A stretch of 64,000 nucleotides of DNA from Thermoplasmatota archaeon (GTDB lineage Archaea > Thermoplasmatota > Thermoplasmata > UBA10834). Numbering within the stretch: the stretch's first letter is position 1; every line of letters starts with the position of its first letter. The stretch is taken from NCBI GenBank assembly GCA_040751795.1, contig JBFMHR010000002.1, positions 1 through 64,000 of the forward strand. Direction: 5' to 3'. Positions 37,438 through 46,652 of the stretch are shown here, one piece after another. The notes under the pieces were generated by a model that had not been told where the DNA came from, did no database searches, and saw only the letters and a program-made list of their open reading frames with translations. A program made the position numbers and the translations under genes.

Positions 37438-38334
37438 CTACTTCATGAGTATGGCCTGCAGCCTCTCCGCCACCTTCGCCGCTTCGTCGTCGAGCGGCAC
37501 GATCTCGATCTCGTCGGGGCCTGAGACGCCTATGCCCAGCTCCACCGCCCGCCTGATCTGGTCCTGCTCGAAGACCCCCCTGCCCTCGATCCTCTTCGTC
37601 GTCCCGTGCATCTTCAGGGCGGCCACGCCGACCGCGTCGAGCGCGACCCTGTCCTTGGCCGCGAAGGTGAGCCCGGCCTTCCACCTCTTCCCCGTCATGG
37701 GCCCGCCCTCGTAGAACGCCTCGACGCCGTCCATCACGAGGAGTGCGGGGGAGTACGCGACGTTCATCTCAGCGATCATGTTCCTCTGGTTGATCACAGA
37801 GGTGTGCAGCTCGGTCATGTTGCCCCCGTGCACCATCCCGGTCGTGAGCTTCAGGGACATCGTGAAGTGGCCGCCGTACTGGTGCGTCTTGAGGCAGCAG
37901 AGCCCGATGACCGCGTCCGCCTCGAGGACAGGCTTTGCGAATAGGAAGCCGTTCCTCCAGTGGCTCCCGGGAGGCGTGATGCGTGTCCACCTGTCCTTGG
38001 GCATGGTGTCGAAGACCAGGCACTCGACGCCCGTCTCCTCCCCGAGCTTGAACACGCCCTTGTCCTGGAACACCTTGGTGGTCTTCGCAGGCCCGCTCCT
38101 GTCCCCTATGGTGACCTTCCCGGGCCCCTGCTCCTTGACGAGCTCGACCATCGTCCTGAGTGTGTCGATGTGCGTCGAACCAGGGGCAGGGTCCGCGGTG
38201 TTGAAGTTGGGCTTGATCAGCACGCCCTTCCCCTTGAGGTCGGGCATCCCGAGCGCCGCCACGACCTTCCTGGTCGCGCTGGACCTGTCCGTCCCGGCCG
38301 CCAGCGCGACTCTCCCATCAGCCATCCCTGTCAC
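37438..38334 (-). CDS. DUF362 domain protein
   Basis: VLIKPN, LKTH, TMSLK, D-x-VALD motifs. Confidence 0.88.
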   Translation of the reverse strand: MTGMADGRVALAAGTDRSSATRKVVAALGMPDLKGKGVLIKPNFNTADPAPGSTHIDTLRTMVELVKEQGPGKVTIGDRSGPAKTTKVFQDKGVFKLGEETGVECLVFDTMPKDRWTRITPPGSHWRNGFLFAKPVLEADAVIGLCCLKTHQYGGHFTMSLKLTTGMVHGGNMTELHTSVINQRNMIAEMNVAYSPALLVMDGVEAFYEGGPMTGKRWKAGLTFAAKDRVALDAVGVAALKMHGTTKRIEGRGVFEQDQIRRAVELGIGVSGPDEIEIVPLDDEAAKVAERLQAILMK

Positions 38335-38367
38335 TACCTCTTCGAGGACTACATTGCCCGCGCTAGA

Positions 38368-38853
38368 TTAGATTTGCGCAGAAACGGCCTCCATGGCCAT
38401 CCTCACGGCTTCCTTCGGGGTCTCCGCCTCGGCCAGACCGGGTATGGGCTTGTCGTAGGCGCGTTCCAGCTTCCATGTGTCAAGCCCTATGACCGTCCTG
38501 CCGAGGTTGAGCGCGTGCGCGATTTCGGACAGCGTCCCGAAGCCCCCGCCGACCGCGATGAGAGCGTCGGCGCTCTTGACGAGCATGACGTTCCTGCCTA
38601 TGCCCATGCCCGTGACTATGGGTATCTGGACGTACTTGTTGGCGTCGTCCTTGAAGTCCGAGGGTATGATGCCTATGGTGAGGCCCCCCTCGGCCCGGGC
38701 GCCCTTGCAGACGGCCTCCATGACGCCGCCCAGCCCGCCGCAGACGACGGCCGCTCCCCTCTTGGCTATCTCCCTCCCGACCTCCTCCGCGAGCTCGTAG
38801 GTGCGCCGGTCGGGCCTGCTAGCCCCTATGACCCCGACGATCTTGAACGTCAT
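38368..38853 (-). CDS. TIGR00725 / LOG-SLOG family protein
   Basis: CGGLGGVMEA, TGMGIGRN, GGGFGTLSEI. Confidence 0.9.
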   Translation of the reverse strand: MTFKIVGVIGASRPDRRTYELAEEVGREIAKRGAAVVCGGLGGVMEAVCKGARAEGGLTIGIIPSDFKDDANKYVQIPIVTGMGIGRNVMLVKSADALIAVGGGFGTLSEIAHALNLGRTVIGLDTWKLERAYDKPIPGLAEAETPKEAVRMAMEAVSAQI

Positions 38854-38969
38854 GCCGCAGGGTACAACGCCTCCCCCGGACTTAAATGCGAGCCAGCGTC
38901 CCGGCCATCCATCGACATGTTTATTAAGCAACTGAATCGATATTGCCGTGTTATCGGAGGCTCCCCCAG

Positions 38970-39503
38970 ATGCCAACGGATATCAGAGGCAGAGTAGAGG
39001 AAGACAGGGGTATACTGAAGAAGATCCAGACCTTCATACCTGGATTCAGAGGCTACAGGCTGAGAGAGGACCTGCGCGACGCGGACAGGATGCTCAGGTC
39101 CCAGCTTGCCCAGAAGCTCGCGCTCGAGAGGCGCGGGCTCGAGGAGTGCAGGGGCCTGGTCGTCCGGAGCTACGGCTCGAAGGAGCTCGACCAGATCGGA
39201 GGGCTCATAAGCCAGTTCAAGAGGGTCGAGGGCGCTGTCACGCACGCGGAGATGGGTTACTCCGGCTTCGCCGCGGACATCCAGATCAAGGAGACGGAGC
39301 TCGACAGGCTCTACGAGCACGACGCGAGCATGCTGGACCACCTGGTGGCCATGCACGCTAGCATCGACTCGCTCAAGAACTCCCTGATGGCCGCCGACGA
39401 GGCGTCGAGCCACAGGGACCTGATGAACATCAAGGCCAGGATCACGGACTTCGAGGACCAGTTCAACAGGCGGATGCTCGTGATCCAGGGCACGGAGGTG
39501 TGA
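38970..39503 (+). CDS. Helical protein, first gene of the SPFH operon
   Basis: IPGFRGYRLREDLRDAD motif; predicted all-alpha; 4 nt from the next gene. Confidence 0.8.
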   Translation: MPTDIRGRVEEDRGILKKIQTFIPGFRGYRLREDLRDADRMLRSQLAQKLALERRGLEECRGLVVRSYGSKELDQIGGLISQFKRVEGAVTHAEMGYSGFAADIQIKETELDRLYEHDASMLDHLVAMHASIDSLKNSLMAADEASSHRDLMNIKARITDFEDQFNRRMLVIQGTEV

Positions 39504-39507
39504 TGAG

Positions 39508-40629
39508 ATGAGCGTCATAGGTGCGGAGACTTTCAACTGGGAGGACGCCAACAAGCGCGGGAACATAATGTTCCGCGTGCCCAGGAACATAAGGTGGAAC
39601 GACAACATCGTGGTGCGCGAGGACGAGATCGCCGTGTTCTTCAGGGACGGCAAGGCCCTCGCGTACATCGACAGGCCCGACAGGTACGCGCTCACCTCGC
39701 TGAACGCGCCCATCGTGGGGGCCATAGTCAAGTTCCTCTCGGGCGTGCAGCAGCAGGCCGAGGTCGTCTACCTCCAGAAGCGCGCGTTCGACGGGAAGTA
39801 CGGGAGCAAGCAGCCCTACCCCTTCAGGGACAAGGAGTTCGGCATGGTCAACCTGAGGGTGTTCGGCGAGTTCAGGTACAAGGTCTCGTCCCCCGCCAAC
39901 TTCGTCAACCAGTTCGTCGGCACGTTCAACTTCGCCACGAGCGCGGAGGTCGAGGAGAGGATCAAGGAGCAGATGATCATCCTCATCTACGACTCGATCG
40001 GCGACATGAAGAACGAGGGCATGGGCGTGGCGGACATCGCGGCCAACCTCACCAGCATCGAGCAGGTGGTGCTCGCCAGGACCAAGGACCACTTCGACCT
40101 GTACGGCATATCCATCGACAAGATATCCGGCCTGTACATCTCGATGCCAGAGGAGGTCCAGAAGGCCGTCGACACGCGCTCGTCGATGCAGATCCTCGGC
40201 GCGAACTACATGCAGTACCAGACCGGACAGGCCATGCGCGAGGCGGCCCAGAACCCGTCGGGCGGCGCGGCCGCCGCGGGCGTCGGGGTCGGCGCTGGCA
40301 TAGGCATGGGCTGGACGATGATGGACTCGATGCGCACGGCGCAGACGGCCCCCCCTGCGGGGACCGCCGCTGCCGCCGGCGCGGCGCTGGTGGTCTGCGC
40401 GAAATGCAACACGCAGAACCCGCCCGGCAACAAGTTCTGCGCCTCGTGCGGGGCCAAGCTGGGGCCCGCGACCGCGCCCTGCCCCAAGTGCAAGGCGCAG
40501 GTCTCGGAGGGCTCCAAGTTCTGCCCCGAGTGCGGGGGGCCCATGGCCGCGACCAAGAAGTGCGGTTCGTGCGGCGCGGATGTCGCGGCGGCGTCCAAGT
40601 TCTGCCCGGAGTGCGGGAAAGAGGCCTGA
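39508..40629 (+). CDS. SPFH/Band-7 domain protein with three C-terminal zinc ribbons (YdjI-like)
   Basis: IVVREDEIAVFFRDGK, LRVFGEF, Gly/Ala-rich helix GVGVGAGIGMG, 3x CxxC...KFCxxCG. Confidence 0.88.
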   Translation: MSVIGAETFNWEDANKRGNIMFRVPRNIRWNDNIVVREDEIAVFFRDGKALAYIDRPDRYALTSLNAPIVGAIVKFLSGVQQQAEVVYLQKRAFDGKYGSKQPYPFRDKEFGMVNLRVFGEFRYKVSSPANFVNQFVGTFNFATSAEVEERIKEQMIILIYDSIGDMKNEGMGVADIAANLTSIEQVVLARTKDHFDLYGISIDKISGLYISMPEEVQKAVDTRSSMQILGANYMQYQTGQAMREAAQNPSGGAAAAGVGVGAGIGMGWTMMDSMRTAQTAPPAGTAAAAGAALVVCAKCNTQNPPGNKFCASCGAKLGPATAPCPKCKAQVSEGSKFCPECGGPMAATKKCGSCGADVAAASKFCPECGKEA

Positions 40630-40654
40630 CGGAGGCTGAGGGGTACACGGAGGG

Positions 40655-41407
40655 GTGGGATACCTGGCCAGCATAAAGTGCCCGAAGTGCGCGGCGCCTG
40701 TGACCTTCGACGCGGAGACCAAGTTCGTCAAGTGCACGTACTGCAGCTCGCAGGTGTTCATAGACCGGAGCGGGGCGGGATTCTACTACGCCGCGCCCTT
40801 CATGGTCGACGAGACGAACGCCGTGGGCGTGTTCAGGCGCTGGGCGGCAGGCTCCACCAAGGCCAAGGACCTTGACAGGCTCGCCCAGGTCGCGGGGGTC
40901 AAGAAGAAGTACTTCCCCGTGTACATGTTCAAGAGGGACGTGAACGGCAAGGAGCAGGTCTTCGTGGAACCGGCCGGATCCACGACGCTGCCTGGCCTCC
41001 ACAGCCTGAAGGTCCCCGCCACCGACCTCAAGATCTTCGACGCGTCCTTCGACGTCGGGGGCGCGGAGCTGGTCAAACCCGACATAGAGATGGGCGCCTA
41101 CACCGAGAAGCTCCCCGGCACCGCCAAGGAGCAGGCCCTCGTCTTCTTCCCCATATGGAAGCTCGACTACGTCTTCAACCAGAAGCGCTACGAGGTCGTC
41201 ATCGACGCCTCGGCGGGGGAGGTGTTCTCCTCCGAGTTCCCGACGCGCAGCTCGATGGCCTACATGGCCGTCGCCGGGATAGGCTTCGTCGCCTTCGTGG
41301 CGGAGGGGCTGCTCGCTGCGGCGTCGCTCCCCCTGGCGATGGGGCTGATGGCCGTGACCGTCGCGGGCGTATTCTTCATCGCCCTGCACGTCGCGAGGAG
41401 GATGTGA
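40655..41407 (+). CDS. Zinc-ribbon membrane protein
   Basis: CPKCAA...CTYCSS; YFPVY and FFPIW motifs; 2 C-terminal TM. Confidence 0.8.
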   Translation: MGYLASIKCPKCAAPVTFDAETKFVKCTYCSSQVFIDRSGAGFYYAAPFMVDETNAVGVFRRWAAGSTKAKDLDRLAQVAGVKKKYFPVYMFKRDVNGKEQVFVEPAGSTTLPGLHSLKVPATDLKIFDASFDVGGAELVKPDIEMGAYTEKLPGTAKEQALVFFPIWKLDYVFNQKRYEVVIDASAGEVFSSEFPTRSSMAYMAVAGIGFVAFVAEGLLAAASLPLAMGLMAVTVAGVFFIALHVARRM

Positions 41408-41411
41408 TACC

Positions 41412-42416
41412 ATGTCCGGGATATCGGTCGGCCTCAACTGCCCCGCGTGCGGGGGGGCCATATCGGTCGTGGAGGGCGAGGACACCGTCCCATGCCAGTA
41501 CTGCGGGTCGATGCTGTTCATCGAGGGCGACAAGGGCGTCACCACCATAGCCTTCAAGAGCAAGGTCCAGAACCCGAACGCCGTCGCCGCGGCGCAGGCG
41601 TGGTGGGCCCGCGGCCTGAAGGCCAGGGACCTCAGGAAGGTGGGGCAGGTCACGGAGGTGTACCCGATCTACCTCCCGTTCTGGCGCGCCCTCACCAGGG
41701 CCGCAGGGTGGATATGCGGCTACGAGGAGAGGAGGCACACGGACAAGAACGGCAGGGTCACGGTGGAGAGGATCCCCAAGGAGGTCATGGTCCTCCAGGA
41801 CTACACCTTCTCCGAGATAGCCTGCGACCCGGGCGACCTGGGCATACGCACCCTGAGGAACTTCGCCGGGGAGACCAGCTTCGCCGACTTCGAGATGATC
41901 CCCACGTTCGAGGCCACCACCAGCAAGGACGACGCGGTCACCCGGGCCAAGAACGACGCCCTCTCGAAGGCTAGGGCCGGCGCGAGGGTCCCCCATGTCA
42001 CGTTCGAGCGGCTGCACGTCCTGCCGAAGCGCCTGTCGATGGTGTACTACCCCGTCTGGGTGGTCCGCTACAAGTACCGCGACAGGATGTACATGACGAC
42101 GGTGGACGGCGTCACGGGCCAGACCATGTCCGGCAGGGCCCCGGGCGACCCGCTCTTCCAGAGCCTCGCGGTCACGGCGGGCACCTCGATAGGGGGCCTC
42201 ATCGCCGCGGCGGGGCTGATCTTCTCCGACGGCACGGCCGAGATCGCCATAGGCGGCCTGGCCGCGGGCGCGGCGGTGCTGTTCATCATGTACAGGTTCT
42301 TCAGGCACGGCTCCGAGATAGTCGAGGGCGAGTTCAAGGAGAGGAAGGGCTCGGCCAAGCAGAGCCTGAGGGAGATAGGGGACCTGGCCAAGCAGATACA
42401 GGGAGGGATGAGATGA
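41412..42416 (+). CDS. Zinc-ribbon membrane protein (YdjG-like)
   Basis: CPACGG...CQYCGS; YLPFW; YYPVW...VDGVTG; 2 TM. Confidence 0.8.
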   Translation: MSGISVGLNCPACGGAISVVEGEDTVPCQYCGSMLFIEGDKGVTTIAFKSKVQNPNAVAAAQAWWARGLKARDLRKVGQVTEVYPIYLPFWRALTRAAGWICGYEERRHTDKNGRVTVERIPKEVMVLQDYTFSEIACDPGDLGIRTLRNFAGETSFADFEMIPTFEATTSKDDAVTRAKNDALSKARAGARVPHVTFERLHVLPKRLSMVYYPVWVVRYKYRDRMYMTTVDGVTGQTMSGRAPGDPLFQSLAVTAGTSIGGLIAAAGLIFSDGTAEIAIGGLAAGAAVLFIMYRFFRHGSEIVEGEFKERKGSAKQSLREIGDLAKQIQGGMR

Positions 42417-43000
42417 GGGTCGTACAGGTCAAGTGCCCTTCGTGCAACACCCCGATATACTCGAAGGAGCGCGACAGGCTGTTCTTCTGCGACAAGTGCA
42501 ACACGCTCCACGTCCGCGACGGCGGCGCCTCGAAGGTGGAGTACGAGGTCGCCGAGTTCAACGCCTCCGCCCAGGGCGACAAGGTCTACATGCCCTTCTG
42601 GAGGATGTACAGCTCGTTCAAGATACACTCCAAGAGCAGCGAGGGGGGCCAGCTCTTCAGGCTCTCGTCGTGGCTCAAGGGCGGCGGGGACACCGGCAGC
42701 CTGTTCATCTACCTGCCGGCCTCGGAGATGGACGCGAACTCGATGAAGTACTGGGCGACCGCATTCACCGCCAACAACCCGAGGTACGCCACGAGGCTCA
42801 ACTTCGGGGGCGTGAGGCGCCTCCCCGCGTCGATGGGCATGGAGGAGGCCAAGAGCCTCGCCGACTTCGTGGTGGTGACCATGGAGGCGGAGAAGCCCGG
42901 CGTGCTCCAGCAGCTCAACTACACGCTGACGGTCAACGACGCGAAGATCGTCTACCTGCCCTTCGTGTACGCCCAGGGCGGGATGAGGCCGGCCCTCTGA
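42413..43000 (+). CDS. Soluble zinc-ribbon protein, paralog of the two upstream genes
   Basis: CPSCNT...CDKCNT; YMPFW; VYLPF. Confidence 0.78.
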   Translation: MRVVQVKCPSCNTPIYSKERDRLFFCDKCNTLHVRDGGASKVEYEVAEFNASAQGDKVYMPFWRMYSSFKIHSKSSEGGQLFRLSSWLKGGGDTGSLFIYLPASEMDANSMKYWATAFTANNPRYATRLNFGGVRRLPASMGMEEAKSLADFVVVTMEAEKPGVLQQLNYTLTVNDAKIVYLPFVYAQGGMRPAL

Positions 43001-43006
43001 GGAAGG

Positions 43007-43729
43007 CTACCTTCCCCTGCCCGCCCTCTTCCGGGAACGGAAGTCGGCGATGATGTCGGCGTGGTCGAAGGCCATCTCTGGCACACGGTCCAGGGGCACC
43101 CACTCCGCCGAGCCTGCGTCGTCGCCGGCCTTCAGGGTCCCTCCGGTCGGCCGCAGCTCGTAGACCGCTGTCACGAAGTGCCCGCGCGGGTCCCTGCCCG
43201 GCGCCGAGTAGACCCCCAGCAGCCGGACGACCTGCGTCCGCAGCCCCGTCTCCTCATGGACCTCCCTCACGACGCAGTCCTCCAGCCTCTCGCCGTACTC
43301 CACGAACCCGCCGGGGAGGGCGTGAGAGCCCTTGAACGGGTCGTTCCTCCTCCTGATGAGGACGACCCTCCCGTCCTTGTGCACTATCCCGTCGCAGGTG
43401 ACCGACGGCCTCCTCCAGTGGTTCTCGAACTGGCTCTGCAGGGACGAGGCCCGGTTGTCGTACTCCGAGAGCACCTCCTCGCCGAGCGGGGTGAGAGCCG
43501 TCTCCCCTCCCTTCCTGCCTCCCCGGGAGGAAGCGACGATGTCCCCCCCGGCGTTCTCGGCGATCCTGTGCAGCACCCCCCATGCGTGCCTGTAGGACAT
43601 GCCCATCTCCTTCGCCGCCTCGGATATGGACCTGGTCTCCTTGATCCTCCTCAGGAGGTGGGCGCGGCCGTCGCTGACTATGAACCTCCCGTCCTTGACG
43701 AGCCACATCTTGATGTCGAGGTCGTACAT
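43007..43729 (-). CDS. ModE-type HTH fused to NUDIX hydrolase
   Basis: SISEAAKEMGMSYRHAW...RGGRKGG..LT; Nudix box GGFVEYGERLEDCVVREVHEETG; RDPRGH, AFDH. Confidence 0.9.
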   Translation of the reverse strand: MYDLDIKMWLVKDGRFIVSDGRAHLLRRIKETRSISEAAKEMGMSYRHAWGVLHRIAENAGGDIVASSRGGRKGGETALTPLGEEVLSEYDNRASSLQSQFENHWRRPSVTCDGIVHKDGRVVLIRRRNDPFKGSHALPGGFVEYGERLEDCVVREVHEETGLRTQVVRLLGVYSAPGRDPRGHFVTAVYELRPTGGTLKAGDDAGSAEWVPLDRVPEMAFDHADIIADFRSRKRAGRGR

Positions 43730-43790
43730 CGGAGCGGGTGGCGTATCTGTCCCTACAAGTGAAATACCTTTGCAGTGCCGGGGCGAGGGG

Positions 43791-45431
43791 TCACCTCAGC
43801 ATCGGCATCTTGAGCTTCCTGGACTTGGCGACCCTGACCGCCTCCTCGTACCCGGCGTCCGCGTGCCTCACGACGCCCATCCCCGGGTCGGCGGTCAGCA
43901 CCCGCGTGATCTTCTCCTCGGCCTCCTTGGTGCCGTCCGCCACGACCAGGAGCCCCGCGTGGGTCGAGTAGCCGATGCCCACGCCGCCGCCGTTGTGGAC
44001 CGCGACGAGGTCGGCGCCCGCCGACGCGTTGACCAGTGCGTTCAGCAGGGGCCAGTCGGCTATCGCGTCGCTCCCGTCCATCATGCCCTCGGTCTCCCTG
44101 TTGGGGGATGCGACCGAGCCGCAGTCGAGGTGGTCCCTCGTGATCACTATGGGCCCGGAGAGCTCCCCCGAGCCGACCATGTCGTTCATGATCCTGCCGA
44201 ACCTGGCCCTCTCTCCGTACCCGAGCCAGCACACCCTCGCCGGCAGCCCCTCGAAGGGGACCTTCGCCTCCGCGAGCCTGATCCAGTTGACCAGCTGCTC
44301 GTTCTCCTTGAACTCCCTCATCACGACCCTGTCCGTCTTGAGGATGTCCTCGGGGTCGCCGGAGACTGCTATCCACCGGAACGGCCCCCTCCCCTCGCAG
44401 AACATGGGCCTGATGTAGAGGGGGACGAAGCCCTTGAAGTCGAACGCGTCCGTCACCCCGACGCGCTGGGCCTGAGCCCTGATGTTGTTGCCGTAGTCGA
44501 ATACGACGGAGCCCTTCCGCATGAACCCGAGCATGGCCCTCACGTGCTCGCCGATGCTGTCCAGCGCCCTCCTCCTGTACTGCTCTGGGTCGGACTTCCT
44601 GAGCGCCGCGGCCTCCTCGACGGACAGCCCCTTGGGGATGTACCCGCCGAGCTCGTCGTGGGCGGAGGTCTGGTCCGTCACGAGGTCGGGCACGACGCCG
44701 CGGGACAGCAGCTCAGGGTGCGTCTCCGCACAATTGCCCACGAGGCCGATGGAGAGCGCCTTGCGGGTCCTCTTCGCGTCGAGGGCCGCCTCCAGCGCCT
44801 GGTCAAGATCGTCTGATACGGTGTCGCAGTACCCGATGCTGGCCCTGCGCTCTATCCTCTTCCTGTCCGCTTCGACGGCCAGGCACACGCCCCCGTTCAT
44901 CGTGACGGAGAGCGGCTGCGCGCCGCCCATGCCGCCGAGGCCACCCGTGAGGACGAGCCTCCCCTTGAGGGTCCCGCCGAAGTGCTTCCTCGCGCACGCG
45001 GCGAATGTCTCGTACGTGCCCTGGATGATGCCCTGGGTGCCAATGTACGCCCATCCCCCCGCGGTCATCTGGCCGTACATGATCAGCCCCTTGGCCTCGA
45101 GCCTGTAGAACTCCTCCCACGTGGACCACCTGGGCACCAGGTGGGAGTTCGCGGTCAGGACCCTCGGCGACGCCCTCGTCGTCCTGAATACCGCCACGGG
45201 CTTGCCCGACTGGACCAGCATGGTCTCGTCGTCCTCAAGGCGCTTCAGGGTCTCGACTATCGCGTCGTAGCACTCCCAGTCCCTCGCCGCCTTGCCCGTC
45301 CCGCCGTATATGATGAGCTCCTCGGGCCTCTCGGCGTTCTCGAGGTTGTTCTGGAGCATCCGGAGGATCGCCTCCTGCCTCCACCCCTTGCAGGCGAGGT
45401 CCTTCCCTCTCCTAGCCCTGACGTCCCTCAT
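43791..45431 (-). CDS. hutU: Urocanate hydratase
   Basis: [39 protein letters not shown]. Confidence 0.97.
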   Translation of the reverse strand: MRDVRARRGKDLACKGWRQEAILRMLQNNLENAERPEELIIYGGTGKAARDWECYDAIVETLKRLEDDETMLVQSGKPVAVFRTTRASPRVLTANSHLVPRWSTWEEFYRLEAKGLIMYGQMTAGGWAYIGTQGIIQGTYETFAACARKHFGGTLKGRLVLTGGLGGMGGAQPLSVTMNGGVCLAVEADRKRIERRASIGYCDTVSDDLDQALEAALDAKRTRKALSIGLVGNCAETHPELLSRGVVPDLVTDQTSAHDELGGYIPKGLSVEEAAALRKSDPEQYRRRALDSIGEHVRAMLGFMRKGSVVFDYGNNIRAQAQRVGVTDAFDFKGFVPLYIRPMFCEGRGPFRWIAVSGDPEDILKTDRVVMREFKENEQLVNWIRLAEAKVPFEGLPARVCWLGYGERARFGRIMNDMVGSGELSGPIVITRDHLDCGSVASPNRETEGMMDGSDAIADWPLLNALVNASAGADLVAVHNGGGVGIGYSTHAGLLVVADGTKEAEEKITRVLTADPGMGVVRHADAGYEEAVRVAKSRKLKMPMLR

Positions 45432-45512
45432 ACTGGTCGGTCGTAAGACGGCGACCAGGGTATTAGGTTTTCGGATTCGACGCTGGGGATGCCTTTATCA
45501 TGGGGGCGGTGC

Positions 45513-46508
45513 ATGACCGCGGACGTCATGTTCGACATACCCACAGTGCTCTCGGCCGACGAGATACTGGACAAGGCCTTCAAGAAGGCGTCCAAGATAG
45601 AGCACCAGGGCGTCACCCGGCTCGAGACCGTGAGGGAGATCAACATAGCCAAGGTGAAGTCCTCCAGCGATATCATCGTCACGACCATGGGCAAGTACGT
45701 GAAGGCATTCCCGAGCATAGGGAAGCTGAGCCCGTTCTACTCAGAGCTCATAGACATGGCCGTTGGGACGGACAGGCTCCGGAAGTCCCTCGGGGCCATA
45801 GACTGGTCGAGGGGGCAGGTGGCGAAGGTCGCCAAGCAGGCCGTGAGGGACATGTCGGCCGCCGAGAGGATCGGCCACATAGACGAGATCAGGCGCGGCG
45901 CGTACGGCCGCATCTCCTCTGTCGTGAAGCAGATCTCGAAGGAGCTGGACTTCGTCGCCGCGGCGAGGAACACCATCAGGAAGTTCCCGACAGTATCTCC
46001 GGACGACCCGACCATAGTCATTGCCGGCGCCCCCAACGTCGGCAAGAGCCAGCTGATAGGTCGCATCTCCACCGCGAAGCCCCGCGTCGCCGTCTACCCG
46101 TTCACCACCCAGGAGATCTCCGTGGGCACCTTCCAGAAGAAGTACCTCAGGTACCAGGTGATAGACACGCCCGGGCTGCTGGACAGGCCCTTCGAGGAGC
46201 GCAACGCGATAGAGCTGAGGGCGATCCTCGCGCTGAGGCACCTCTCCGACGCCATCATCTTCGTCATCGACCCGTCCGAGACGTGCGGGTATCTGATGCC
46301 CCAGCAGGAGCACCTGCTCTCCGAGATCGAGAAGGAGTTCGAAGGGGTGCCCATATTCGTGGTCGAGAACAAGTCCGACCTTGTGTCCAGCGGGTCGGAC
46401 AGGATGAGGATATCCGCGGAGACGGGCGCCGGCGTCGCAGAGCTGGTGGACACGGTGGTCGCGGCCCTGAGGGAGAGGCGGGCCGCGGGGAGCCCGGGCG
46501 CCGCATAG
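45513..46508 (+). CDS. NOG1 family GTPase
   Basis: GAPNVGKS, YPFTT, DTPGLLDRP, NKSD. Confidence 0.92.
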   Translation: MTADVMFDIPTVLSADEILDKAFKKASKIEHQGVTRLETVREINIAKVKSSSDIIVTTMGKYVKAFPSIGKLSPFYSELIDMAVGTDRLRKSLGAIDWSRGQVAKVAKQAVRDMSAAERIGHIDEIRRGAYGRISSVVKQISKELDFVAAARNTIRKFPTVSPDDPTIVIAGAPNVGKSQLIGRISTAKPRVAVYPFTTQEISVGTFQKKYLRYQVIDTPGLLDRPFEERNAIELRAILALRHLSDAIIFVIDPSETCGYLMPQQEHLLSEIEKEFEGVPIFVVENKSDLVSSGSDRMRISAETGAGVAELVDTVVAALRERRAAGSPGAA

Positions 46509-46652
46509 TCGTCTGGGCAACGCTTATAGTAGCACGAGGCGATTCGCCGCCGGGATAGCACCTAACCGCCCCGTCCGGACGGCCTCTCAGCCATCCAGCA
46601 GGGCGGTGCAACGGGGGAGCGCGACACGGCGGGCGTCGTCTGCAGCAGGTCA

